A stretch of DNA of 64,000 nucleotides from Torpedo marmorata (Eukaryota): the NCBI GenBank assembly GCA_977017645.1, contig OZ360241.1:70618001-70682000 (forward strand). Direction: 5' to 3'. Both the position numbers and the translations under genes were made by a program. The notes below the pieces were generated by a model that saw only the letters and a program-made list of their open reading frames with translations, was not told the DNA's origin and ran no database searches. Positions 36,611 to 47,826 of this stretch are shown one piece after another. Numbering within the stretch: position 1 is the stretch's first letter; each line of letters begins with the position of its first letter.

Positions 36611-37023
36611 CCGTATTTTTACGCATATAACACGCATTTTTTTACAAACCGGGTAATTGCCCAGACACATCCCCTAAGGGAGGAGATTAACATATCAAGT
36701 AGCTCTGAGACAACGGTCTCAGACGGACCTTGCAGGAGGATGTCATCTATATAATGGCCGATTGACACTACTGAGGGAAGTTGAATGGGTTGTAAATCAC
36801 GGGAGATTAACTGTGGCAGATAATGGGACTATGGAATGTATATTGTCTCCTGTCCCAAGTAAATGCAAATTGCTCTTGTGAGTTGGAATGTAGAATACTA
36901 CACCCGCGCGGTATATGCGTGTGCGCGCTATACGAGAATATTTTTACATAGTTTAAGATTTTCCGCGCGTTATATGTGTGTCCACGTTATATGCGTGTGC
37001 GTGTTATATGAACAAAAATACGG
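36611..37023. mobile_element. Passer/pogo-type MITE
   Basis: TIRs CCGTATTTTTACGCATATAACACGC / GCGTGTTATATGAACAAAAATACGG; TA flanks; subterminal gcgttatatg repeats. Confidence 0.82.
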
Positions 37024-38264
37024 TAAATATGCCCCTGAATGTGAAGAAGCCTACGGATGGGAAGATTTCACCTCGGTTTTCAAAGAAACGTTTAAATATT
37101 TGAGTCCGTATTATAGGGGCAGTTAAGTTTCACATTTTGACTCCGAAACTGCAAAGAAGAAGATTCCTCATCCTTATCTGATCTGGCATGTATGTGACTC
37201 CAGGCTATTACCGAGGCTGACTCCTGGTTGACTCCTTAACTAAGCCACTAGTGACGAGACGCTGGTTGGTGATCAATGTCAGCCTATTAAAATGGGCGAA
37301 TGCTTACCAATTTATTCCCCATTGGGTGCCTTGCTCTTGTTGACATTGCAGTTTACAATAAAGAGGAACAGGTGTAGGCCATACAGTTGCTCAGCCTTTC
37401 AACAAGGTCAGATCTTGGCAGCTTTCCATATCTAGTCCCCATAATTAGAGCTTCAGAAGCCTCAGCCTGGGAAATGTGCAAGGAGTCTCTGGGGTAGAGA
37501 ATTCCATTGTTCTTCCATGGGAGAACTTCCTCCTCAGCTGACCCTTAATTGAATTATTCTCTTTTCCTGAAATTTTGCCCCAGAAAAGTTCCGTACAACA
37601 TCCAGTGTTCCAGGAATAACCTTGCTCATGAATATGGAGCATAAGTTATAGACTCTTGGATACCTGTGTATACATGCCTAAAATTTCCATGAAAAAATAA
37701 TTTCCACACTAACACAGTTTGAACCAAGCAGCAAAGACAACATTTTAAACTGTGAGATTAATCATTCTTAATCATGTCACTGTCACAATAGGATCTCAGC
37801 CCTTTCTTCAGCTTTCTCACACAACCAAAGTTCTCCATGGTGACCCTTAATGTTGGTATTGAATCAGAGTAGGGTCGTTCACATGATATAATGATGCACA
37901 GTTGATAAACTGGCCAATTACTCTCTGCCTGTGCTCACACTTGAAAGGTCTAGGTACCACACAACACTGGGCTCTCAGGAGAGCAGTGAGAGCGGCTCTC
38001 ACCTCTCCGTGATCTGCTGAGTTCCTCCAGCATTTTTGTGTTTTCGCACTGTGGTACCGAATCAAGTTCAGCAAAGAACATAGAGTGCAGCATTTTAAAA
38101 CACACTGTACATCGGTCAGATTATTGCAACCTTTCATATTCTTTGCCTTTATGCTTTCAAACTAAATTATAAACAATTTGAGAAAGTTCAGAGAGAAACC
38201 CTTGGATTATTGTCATAAAGATTGTGCATGAACCATCAAGCATTCTTCTCTGTTGATCCTGCAG

Positions 38265-38323
38265 CATTCCATTTGAACAAGATGTTGAGCACGGAAATAC
38301 AACACACCTCGGTGACTGTGAAG
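38265..38323 (+). CDS. SEMA6B: SEMA6B-like coding exon: IPFEQDVEHGNTTHLGDCE(G)
   Basis: Acceptor cctgcag| and donor |gtgaga; 59 nt, phase 2-1. FEQDV...LGDC is a SEMA6 motif. Confidence 0.92.
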
Positions 38324-39428
38324 GTGAGATACATTAGGTGTTGGCACATCCTTTAAAATGAATATCATTGTCCCCAATGACTCAATGTTACAGTGAGCTG
38401 AGTGGTGAAGTGTAATCTCCTAAAATAAGCTAAGGGAGTTCCCGCCAAAGAAGGCGTAACGAGCACCTCCAAAATTAGACCACGTACTTTATGTTCAGGT
38501 GAGGGGATGTCAACAAGTGGAAAATTTCACGCTCTTTTTTGCCACTGACATTCCACTGTAGATCATGAGGAACACCATGGTCTTGGACTCAGTGTACAAT
38601 GGTGAGATGGATAGAATAGGACGATAGCAGAATTGAGTCCATTGTTCACTGATCATGGGCAAGCAACTGGATAATGAGAGCATCATTTGCCACAGTCACA
38701 GAAATGGCCTCAACCTATTGCAGGCTGGCCTTGAAGGTGATGCCCACATTCCATAAATGTCTTTGGTGGTGGGAGGGAGGGGGGCGCGGGTGTTCTCTGG
38801 CCCAGTACTACGATATGCAGCGGCCCCATTCTACTGTCTGTACATTGCCAGAATGGACCCGACTTTCAATGCCTCAGGCTCTGATATGAGAAGGCTCTAA
38901 ATGCTCCAGCTGTGACGTCTTCATTTTGACAACCAAACAAACATAATTCAATACTTTGCACCAACTCACAATGTGCCATTCATTTTTTGTCATGAATTTC
39001 TGATAAATGAATCAGGTGTTAAAGCAAACAGATTTACTGATAATTGAAATTGACTGTTTCCATGGCAGCAGACTTATATTTTTGTAAACTAAAATGAGAT
39101 GCCTTCTTTCGATGCAAGTGAGATATGATAAATTTGTGCAATACAAACCTGTGCCAACCCAGGGGAGTAAGTGTAAGAAGAATTTTAATGAATACTTATG
39201 TAGTTTTTATGGCTATTTACACCATCCAATTCAAAAAGCAATTAATTTTGGTTTCTATATATATAAAATAATAACTAAAAATAATTGAGTATGTTGTATA
39301 TTGTTTATGATTCTTCATTCTTGCCAGCATAAAATATTGGGACATGATTTTGAACTTTAGTTTCAATGTATTTTTTTTAAATGTTCTTCTTTCAATTTTT
39401 GCTCCACATTTCAAAGCGGGGCTACATA

Positions 39429-40306
39429 CCGTATATACTCGTGTAATAGTCGATCCCGTGTGGGAAATTTCACGCCCTTTGTTGCCACTGACATTCCAAA
39501 GCCCCCTTTTTTGGCCCAAAAATCGCATGTTTTCCATATGACCCGTGTAAAAGTCGACCACCCTAGTCCGCCCACCCATCCGAGCTCCCGACGCCCCGAC
39601 CATGGATCCTCGCCCTGGCCACCCGCCCATCCGAGCTCCCGACGCCCCGACCACGAACCCTCGCCTCATCCACCCGCCCATCCGAGCTCCCGACCACCCG
39701 CCCATCTGAACTTCCGACCACCCGCCCATCCGAGCTCCCGACCACCCGCCCATCCGAGCTCCCGACCACCCGCCCATCTGAGCTCCCGACGCCCCGGCCA
39801 CGGATCCTCACCCCGGCCGCCCGCCCACCGGAGGTCCTGATGCCCCAGCCACGGACCCTCGCCCTGGCCGCCCGCCCACCAGAGCTCCCAATGCCCGGGC
39901 CACAGATCCTCGCCTCGTCCGCCCGCCCACCCATCCAAGCTCCCGACCACCCGCTCATCTGAGCTCCCGATGTGGACCCTCGCCCTGGCCGCCCACCCTC
40001 GCCCTGGCCGCCCACCCACCAGAGCTCCCAACGCCCAGGCCACAGACGCTCTCCTAGGCCCTGGCCGCCCGCCCATCCGAGCTCCCGACGCCCCGACAGC
40101 AGATCCTCGCCTTGGCCGCCCACCCATCCAAGCTCCCGACACCCCAAACACGTACTTACCACCTGGTCCCGACCATCCGAGTTCCCGCCGCCTTGAACAA
40201 CACAGGTACTTACCATGATCAAAGGTCAACCCGTGTAAAGGTCAACCACCCCAAATTTGACCGAAAAATTGATCAAAAAACTCAACTATTACACAAGCAT
40301 ATACAG
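39429..40306. mobile_element. Passer/pogo-type MITE carrying a GC-rich minisatellite
   Basis: TIRs CCGTATATACTCGTGTAATAGTCGA / TCAACTATTACACAAGCATATACAG; TA at 39427-39428 and 40307-40308. Confidence 0.85.
39565..40190. repeat. GC-rich minisatellite: 24-bp core ccacccgcccatccgagctcccga, with longer composite units of about 48 bp
   Basis: Read directly; appears as 8-aa periodicity in spurious ORFs (GARMGGWS)n. Confidence 0.92.
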
Positions 40307-40699
40307 TAATACATAATCAATAAACAAAAGCTAACAGAAGATGGTGGAAATACTGGGCCAGAGAGGCAGCATCTGTGGAGAGAGAAACAGTTAATGTTGC
40401 AGTTTGATGAGTTAAGACCCATCATCGGAGCCCGTTCTGAAAATCATGTGTCTGAACCAAATGGAAGCAAACCGTGTAGAACACTGAGAAAAATTTATAA
40501 GAGCAAAGCAGGTGCCTAGTGTCACAGCTGGTAAACTGCTGTCTCACAGCTCTAGTACTGACTGTGTGGCGTTGACGTTTTCTCCCACATGCCAAAGACG
40601 TGCATGTTGGCAGGATAATCAGCCACTGTAAATTGCCTCTCATGTTGTTTGGTGAGGTGTTAATGGGAATATGGGAAGAATGATATCGAGGCGGAATGG

Positions 40700-40985
40700 A
40701 TAGCGCAGTGATTAGTGCAACAGTATTACAGCGCCCACAACCTGGGTTCGAATCCGGCACTGACTGTAAGGAGTTTGTACGTTCTCCCCGTGACTGTGTT
40801 TGGTTTCCTCTGGGTGTTCCGGTTTCCTCCCTCGTTCCAAATATGTATGAGGTTAGTCGGTTAATTAGTCACATGGGTGTATTTGAGTGGCGCGGGCTCG
40901 TGGGCAGGAAGGGCCTGTTAAATTTGGTGTTTGATGGTTGGCCTCGTCTCGGTGGGCTGAAGGATCTGGTTCTATGTTGCATGTC
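40700..40985 (+). mobile_element. Older V-SINE variant
   Basis: gggttcgaatcc...gtaaggagtttgtacgttctcccc. Confidence 0.75.
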
Positions 40986-42061
40986 TCCATGAGAACTCCC
41001 AAGAAGCACAAGGAGCTACTCTTCACCCTAGCATGCACCCCTCCTCCATTCAGACCCTCCAATTATCCCAATCACTGACTCCCAAACTTCCCAAAACAAC
41101 TCAAAGCCCTCTGATGCCATCTGCCATCAAACCAATACAGTCCTAATTTCCATCCACACTTTCCCCAAACATGGTGCTAATCAATAAAAGCAGAAAATGC
41201 TGAGAGCACCTGTGGAAAGAGAAAAAGTTAATATTTCGGGTTGAAGAAATGCACTAATCTGAAATCCCCTGAAATTTAGGGAATCCTAATTTGGGATCCT
41301 GATCCCAAACCTCTCTTTCCACAGCATTCAAAAGAAAATGAGTAATGGGTTTCAGTTGTTCATAGGAATTGTTCTTTAGCCAATTCTAACCAAGCATTTA
41401 GTAAACTTTTTCAATAATTTCAAGCCTCTGAATGCTTCTGACATTCAAAAACTATTAAAATATTAAAATATAAAATAAAGATCCTTAAACACCTAAAAAC
41501 ATTTTAAAATGTAACTCTCAAGTTACGGGTCATGCTACGGGTCATGTTCCGATTTCCCCCTATAAGTAGAGGGGAACATCCGTGACTTTCTGGGACTCCA
41601 CGAGGAGTCAAGTTGGAGAAAATTCAACAAAGGGATCGCAAGCACCCGGCCTCAGCATTGGGACTTTGGCACTGGTATGGATATCCCAACGTCACCGTGC
41701 TGACGGCTGTGAAACGTCTGCAGTTCTGCAGGAAAGCGCCAATACTTCTCAAAATCTGGATTATTTGTTCTAGCTCTCTCTCTCCACAAGTGCTGTCTAG
41801 CCTGCTGCATGTTTTCATCAAATTTATTTATGTTCCAAGAGTTGTGTTTTAAAATTAAAATGAATTTTCACTTATTAATTTTATCTGTTCATTTGAGTGA
41901 AGTGCAATTGAAGATGTGCACTAAAATCAGGCATAACTATTTTCAAACACTCCATCTCTATACATTGCAAATTGATAAGTGCCAGTTATCTTATACACAG
42001 CCCATTAGCTTGCATAGTGCCCATTCATTTTGAAATTAGGAAAGGATATTTGCTTTAAATG

Positions 42062-42778
42062 GTAATACACAAAAGTGCTGGAGAATCTCAGCAGCATTCA
42101 CAGGAGGCAAAGATATATAACCAAGGTTTCAGGCCTGAGCAAAAAGCAGGCAGACGCCTGTATAAAAAGGCAAGGGAGGAGGGAAGAAGGGGCAGGGGGA
42201 AGAGTACAGGCCAACAGGCAAGAGGCCATAAGTGGACATGGATAGGAGGGCAGGAGAGAAAAGCTGAGAATTGATCGAGGGAGGGGGTAGATCTGTAAGT
42301 GGAGAGCTGGAGGAAAGGAGACAGAGGGATAGGGAAAGAGAGAGAGACAGGTCTAGAGGAAAGGAGGCATATGGATAGGGAAAGGGAAAGACGGTGGGGG
42401 TGGGGGCAACAGAAACAGGAGAAGTCGATGTCAACGCTTTCTGGTTGGGGGGTGCCCAGACAGAAGATGAGGTGTTGTTTGCAGGAGGTCTTAGTCTGGC
42501 AGTGCATGAGACCATGGACAGACATGTCAGCATGGGAATGGGGTGGGGAATTGAAGTGGGTTGCCACTGGGAGATCCCCGCTATTGCAGTGGACCGAGCG
42601 AAGGTGCTCAACGAAGCGATCTCCCAGTCTGCAGTCTCTCCGATGTAGAGGAGACCACAATGGGAGCACCGGATGCAGTAGATGACCCCTGCAGATTAAC
42701 AAGTGAAGTGTTGCTTCACTTGGAAGGACTGTTTGGGGCCCCGAATGGTGGTGAGGGAGGAGGTGTGTGCACATGAGT
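42062..42778 (-). mobile_element. Penelope-like element: GIY-YIG remnant and pLTR
   Basis: RLGDRFVEHLRSV...LPVATHFNS.PHS.ADMSVHGL...QHLIFCLGT; colinear with 33185-33930. Confidence 0.88.
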
Positions 42779-44805
42779 AGCATTAAATGTGTAATCTTAG
42801 AAGAGAGGATGATGAAATTCCTAGTCTTGTTAAAAGACTTCCTCCTCACTGGGAACATGGAGCCAAAATGCAATGGATCATGGTAAGTTGGGCAGACTTT
42901 AAGTAAGTGGTAATTGGGATGGTAATTACGATAAGGAGGTAGAAACCAGGATTCAAGATTTATATTCAGATTAAAGTGTAAAAAATAAATTGCATCATCA
43001 AAGGTACATGTTGTGATGGCTCCTATTGAATGGGGTTAGATGGGCGAATGGGAGGGAATGTGGAGTTAGGGGTAAGGATACGTGAATGATTAGGGACGAG
43101 AAGTGGTTGAAGAGGTGGTGCACTATTGAAGCAATGCAGGTTAGGTTAACATGGTTAATGCATCATGAACAGAACCCCACTGCATGTTTGCGCTGAGCTC
43201 AGCGATCTCAGTCAGACACCTGTGGGAAGATTTCGTAATCTCTGTTCTCCAGGGTTGATAAGAGAAGAGAAACAAACCAATCCCTCTGCAGTGGAGTTCA
43301 TGATTAAAATAAATTAATTATTCCCAAGGGAAAGTTGCTAATTAAGCTTGCTAATAAAAGTTCAGCATGCACACTTGCAAATCAATATAATACTTAGAAA
43401 TGCAATAATTGAAAAATCTGTTTCTTATTCATAGAAGAGCCAGAGAAATATAATGTCTTTGTCCTGTTAAGTGATGTTCACCTCATAGTCTATAACACAA
43501 AACTAATTAATTTTATTGAATATGGGATTAGAGTTGGATTTGTAAATATACAAGAGGGAAATGACAGACTTTAAATTTAGAACAGGTGCAATTTATTTAG
43601 TGTTTTTAAAAGAGGGTCTAGGATCAGATTTGGTCTCTTCCCATGGGACTGAGGATAAACAGGAGTTCCGATAGAAACTGCAGGCACTGATATTAATATG
43701 ATAATGCAGGACCTATCAGATACTAGCTACACTATTAACCTATCCTTCTTCCAAATCAGATAATTGGGTTCCAACATTTCCCTGCTCATTTAAAAAAAAA
43801 ATTAATTCCCTGATGGACTGGGGTCTTATGAGTAAAGGCATCCGTAATAGCAAGCATAAAGCCGGATGAGGCCATGCTTAATTCCAACTTTCTCCATTGG
43901 TACTGTATTGGCTAGAGACGATAGTGTAAAATTGCTGATGGCCTGTCGGCAGCCCATTTTACTTCTCCCTCCTCTTTGATTTCTATTTGAACTCAGCCAC
44001 AATTCACAACAAACACCTCATCTCAAGTGCTGGCCTCAGGAAGGCAGCGCAGGAGCTGCAGCAGATTCCCAACCTCTGTGTTCCCAAATCGCAGCAGGGA
44101 GCTCCATTCTCACTTGTGGAGAAAAAATTTTTTTTAAATAGGATTGATGAAGGACTAGCGTAAATGGCTTGTTGATGATCAGCACAGGCTTGATGGACCG
44201 AAGGGCCTGCTTCCATGCTGCATTTCTATGATGATGATGACTCTTTGAAACTTAAGTGAATGGGCAAGTGAAAGACCCAACGAACTCACCTCTTGACAGA
44301 TGATGTACTGAGCAAAAGGTGCTGGTAAAATGGACAATCCAGGAGCGGATTTGGAATCGTAGAATTCAAAATCAACAAACCCCACTTCCAGGAGTTCTGA
44401 GAATTGAAGATTATATTTTTAGTTGAAGATTAAATTTTAAAATCCAACAAATGAGAAGAGAGATAGATCAAGGGAACTGTGAAGTTCCACCCTTTGATAG
44501 CCCTGGGAGAGAGCGAGCGGTGGTGGGGTGAGAGACGGCAGAAAGGTTTTCAGAACGATGATGAGATGAGCAATAGCTTGTGCAACCTGAATCATGGGCA
44601 ACACAGGAGGATTGCATTCATAGTTGGGTTCCTTCGTGACGCAGATAAAACATAATAAGAATCAGCTAACTGAATAGGTGGAGCAGTCACTAGATTATGA
44701 ATAGCCAACTAGACTTTGCAATATATGGGATTGACAGTGATTAGCAGTGGGGTCAATAAACAATGTATGCTGCTTGTTAATTTGTTATGCATGTTCCCAC
44801 CATAG

Positions 44806-45809
44806 GTCTGATCCATGAAAGTTTTGTCGAGGAGCCCAATGGTCTGGTTTCTGTCAACCTCCTGGTGATCTCAGCCATCGCTGCCTTTGTGATCGGAGCA
44901 GTCATCTCTGGGTTCAGCGTCTGTTGGTTCATTGGCCACCGGGACAAAAAAGACACAGCAAGGAGAAAAGACAAGGAAACCATCCTTTCCCACAGCGAGT
45001 CTGTGGTCAGTGTAACCAAACTTGGCGGCATGGTGGAGCGCCGCTCCAGAGGGCAGCCGGAGACCCTGCTCGCTCCCCTCATGCAGAATGGCTGGTCGAA
45101 GAACTTGATCAAAACCAGCCAGCACCACCTTGACTCCACGGTCCTCCCAACACCGGAACAGACGCCACTGCAGCAGAAACGCAGCGCAGGCATCCGTAGC
45201 TGCGAGTGGGATCAGAACCTGATCAATGCAAGCCTGAGAGATCAGTCGTGTGCAGGATCACCAATGATACTTGTGGACTCCACCCATCCAGCAGTGCCCC
45301 ATCATGTTGGCAACGTGCGGGTCATCCCAACTTCCCGCCATTCCTTCCATCGGGACCAGGAGCTGGTGAGTGACAGTAAAGATGTCATGGACAACCATTA
45401 TCTCTCGCATGGTATGAGAGAACAGCTCGAAAACCCAAGTTCTCACTATCGATCATCCTTGGGTGGGAATGGAGGTAGCCATGCTTTTGTGGAATACTCA
45501 GCATCTCCTCACAACAGCCCCAAGAGAAGAAGAGGCACATCAACACCCGTATTGCCGCAAGACTATATTGGGGATGACCCAACACAGTGGAATTACGAGA
45601 AAGCAAATGCACCCATCCCCTCACAGCACATGAGAAATCAAACATTTAACAGAGGGGAAAGTTCAACAGCTCTGCAGAGAAAAGACCCCGTGACTGTGCA
45701 TCATGTGCATCTCCATCATTCAGTCCAGCCGGTCATCGGGCAATCTGACCTCGCAAGCTTCAAACCACCAAAAAAATCAGGCATTGAAAGGACACCTTCG
45801 GCAAAATGA
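44806..45809 (+). CDS. SEMA6B: SEMA6B-like terminal coding exon: transmembrane helix and cytoplasmic tail, ending in TGA
   Basis: Acceptor ccaccatag|, phase 1, matching the previous exon. [40 protein letters not shown] and LPTPEQTPL match recalled SEMA6B sequence. ORF 44787..45809. Confidence 0.95.
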
Positions 45810-46156
45810 GATACATTCTGCTTTCCTATTTCTTCATTAATCTTTGTGAAAATGTGTGACAAATATTTAAAAGGAAAAGTTTAACTACTAGAGGAAAACT
45901 GGGCATGGAGACTCCATGGAGTGCTCCTTAAACAACAAAGACCTGTCCTCAAAATTATGGATTTATTTCCTTTGCAAAAAAATAATATACATGAGCTTCA
46001 GAAGGATGGAGGGGAGAAAATTACTGAGGAATCTGATTGGATTTCTCTTTGCTGCTGCCTTTTCAGGAGCCTTAGTAACAGCAAAATTATCTCGGAATTT
46101 TAATTAGCAATTATTCTTACAATTTTTCACAGCAAGATTTTTATTACCGCTAATCC

Positions 46157-46274
46157 AATAAAACAAAATCCAACAGCACAGAATACTGACTGTGCACTTC
46201 AGAAAATCATTAGACTCTCTCATACGAGTTTCTAAAGTTGATTTACTGTTGTTTTATATCATTGCTGAAATAAA
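46157..46274 (+). promoter_or_regulatory. Candidate proximal polyadenylation signals of SEMA6B (AATAAA at 46157 and 46269)
   Basis: AATAAA hexamers 350-460 nt after the stop; the second is followed by a T/GT-rich stretch. Usage is unverified. Confidence 0.4.
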
Positions 46275-46866
46275 TTAGGCACGATCTTTTGTTTGGACAA
46301 GCTACATTGGGCTTAATTTCAGATTTATGCAGATAAGATTTCACAGCAATGTGTTCTTTTGGTATCAGAATTGTAGACTGACACATCACAAGAAGAGGTC
46401 ATACATCCCCATGCCAACTCCTTGGCAGAATATTTTACTTAGACCCATTGTCTTGTTTTTCCTGTATCTCTTCAACATTCTTCTTCAAATTATTTTTGAA
46501 AACTATTTTGAATCTGCTGCTCCCCCCCCCCATTCAGACAGTGCATTTTGGCCCTGGAAATGTGCTGCACAAATCTTTTTTTCCTCAAGTTAGCTCTCGT
46601 TCCCTTGCCAATTACCCTGAGTCCAAGTCATCTGGTTTGCAACCCTTCCAACAAAGGAGACAATTTCTCTCTAAAAAAAAAGCCCTCATGATTGTGAACA
46701 AATCTCTTAACTTTATCTTCTTCTTCCATCTTCTTTGTCTCTACAGTAACTGAGGTTCCTTATTCTCAGTCCCATTCTAATTAAACTGTTCATTTCCTTT
46801 AAGGCCTTGACACCATTGCTAATGTCTGACAGCCACAATTGGTCACAAAGGACGCCACGTTTAGGA

Positions 46867-47110
46867 GGGCAGCATGTTTAGCGTAGCGGTGAGCGCAACG
46901 CTATTACTCTGCCAGGACCCAATTCGAATCCCGCGCTGTCTGTAAGGAGTTTGTACATTCTCCCCGTGTCTGCGTGGGTTTTCCCCGGGGGCTCCGGTTT
47001 CCTCCCACCCTTCAAAACGTACCGGGGGTTGTAGGTTAATTTGGTGTATTTGGGTGACACGGACTCGTGGGCCAGAAGGGCCTGTTACCGTGCTGTATGT
47101 CTAAAAAAAA
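46867..47110 (+). mobile_element. V-SINE (HE1-like)
   Basis: Matches the family consensus. Confidence 0.88.
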
Positions 47111-47569
47111 ATTCCCATTCAGAGCCTGACTGGTTAATCAAATTTCCATTCTTTAGTGTGTAAAGGCAAGGATCCTCATTGCATTTTGAGAAAAAATCTC
47201 AACGTCCTGGCCATCCTCACAGATTTGTGGACATAAACTATCTGATCTTGTACTTCCTTTAACATTGTATTTCCATGGTAACATTGTCACATTGCCTGTT
47301 GACTTGCCCCATGTATTGCTGCTCACCCAGAGAAACAACCATCAAATTCACTAAGTTGCAATAGCAAACTTGGACAGGTCTCAGACAAGCTGACGTCCTC
47401 CCCAAATATTAAGAGGAAACATTTTCTCCAAATTTCTTTTGCTGCTCTTTTCCCTTCTGGTGAAAGCAATGGTATTGTTTCATGTGTAATTGTAGTCCTC
47501 ATGAATTACCCACTGAATTCTTGCCTATTGAAGGTGCCTCAAGTGAGTTCAGGCTTCTTCTCAACCAAT

Positions 47570-47680
47570 AAAAACATAATGCTAGAGAAACTCAGCAGGT
47601 CAAACAGTGTACTTTATATAGCAAAGACAAAGATACATAACCAATGTTTCGGGCTTGAGCCTTTCATCAAGGTATGGATT
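47570..47680 (-). mobile_element. Penelope-like terminal fragment
   Basis: Nearly identical to 33225-33325. Confidence 0.7.
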
Positions 47681-47826
47681 TGGGAGAAGCAGAGAGAGCA
47701 GCAGTCAATGCTGTGCAGGTACCTGAGATCCTTGCAGGGGCCAAACTGGGAGGCACAGAAGTGTCCAACACAGCATCATTACCATGTCCAGAACAATGCA
47801 ATATGGAGGACCCTCAAAAGCTAATA

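Noticed and set aside
39217-40229. Several long overlapping ORFs with GARMGGWS / VVGSSDGR repeats
   Set aside because: They are translations of a stop-poor GC-rich minisatellite and are open in many frames.
41495-41860. CpG-containing patch flanked by weak inverted repeats (ttttaaaatgtaactct / agagttgtgttttaaaa)
   Set aside because: The arms are short, AT-rich and imperfect, with no clear TSD. It may be an old palindromic DNA element, but the sequence alone does not support a call.
44806-45809. Assignment of the gene to SEMA6A or SEMA6D
   Set aside because: The [19 protein letters not shown] and LPTPEQTPL motifs, and the direct splice from the LGDC exon to the transmembrane exon, fit SEMA6B better; only the extreme C-terminus is 6A/6D-like.
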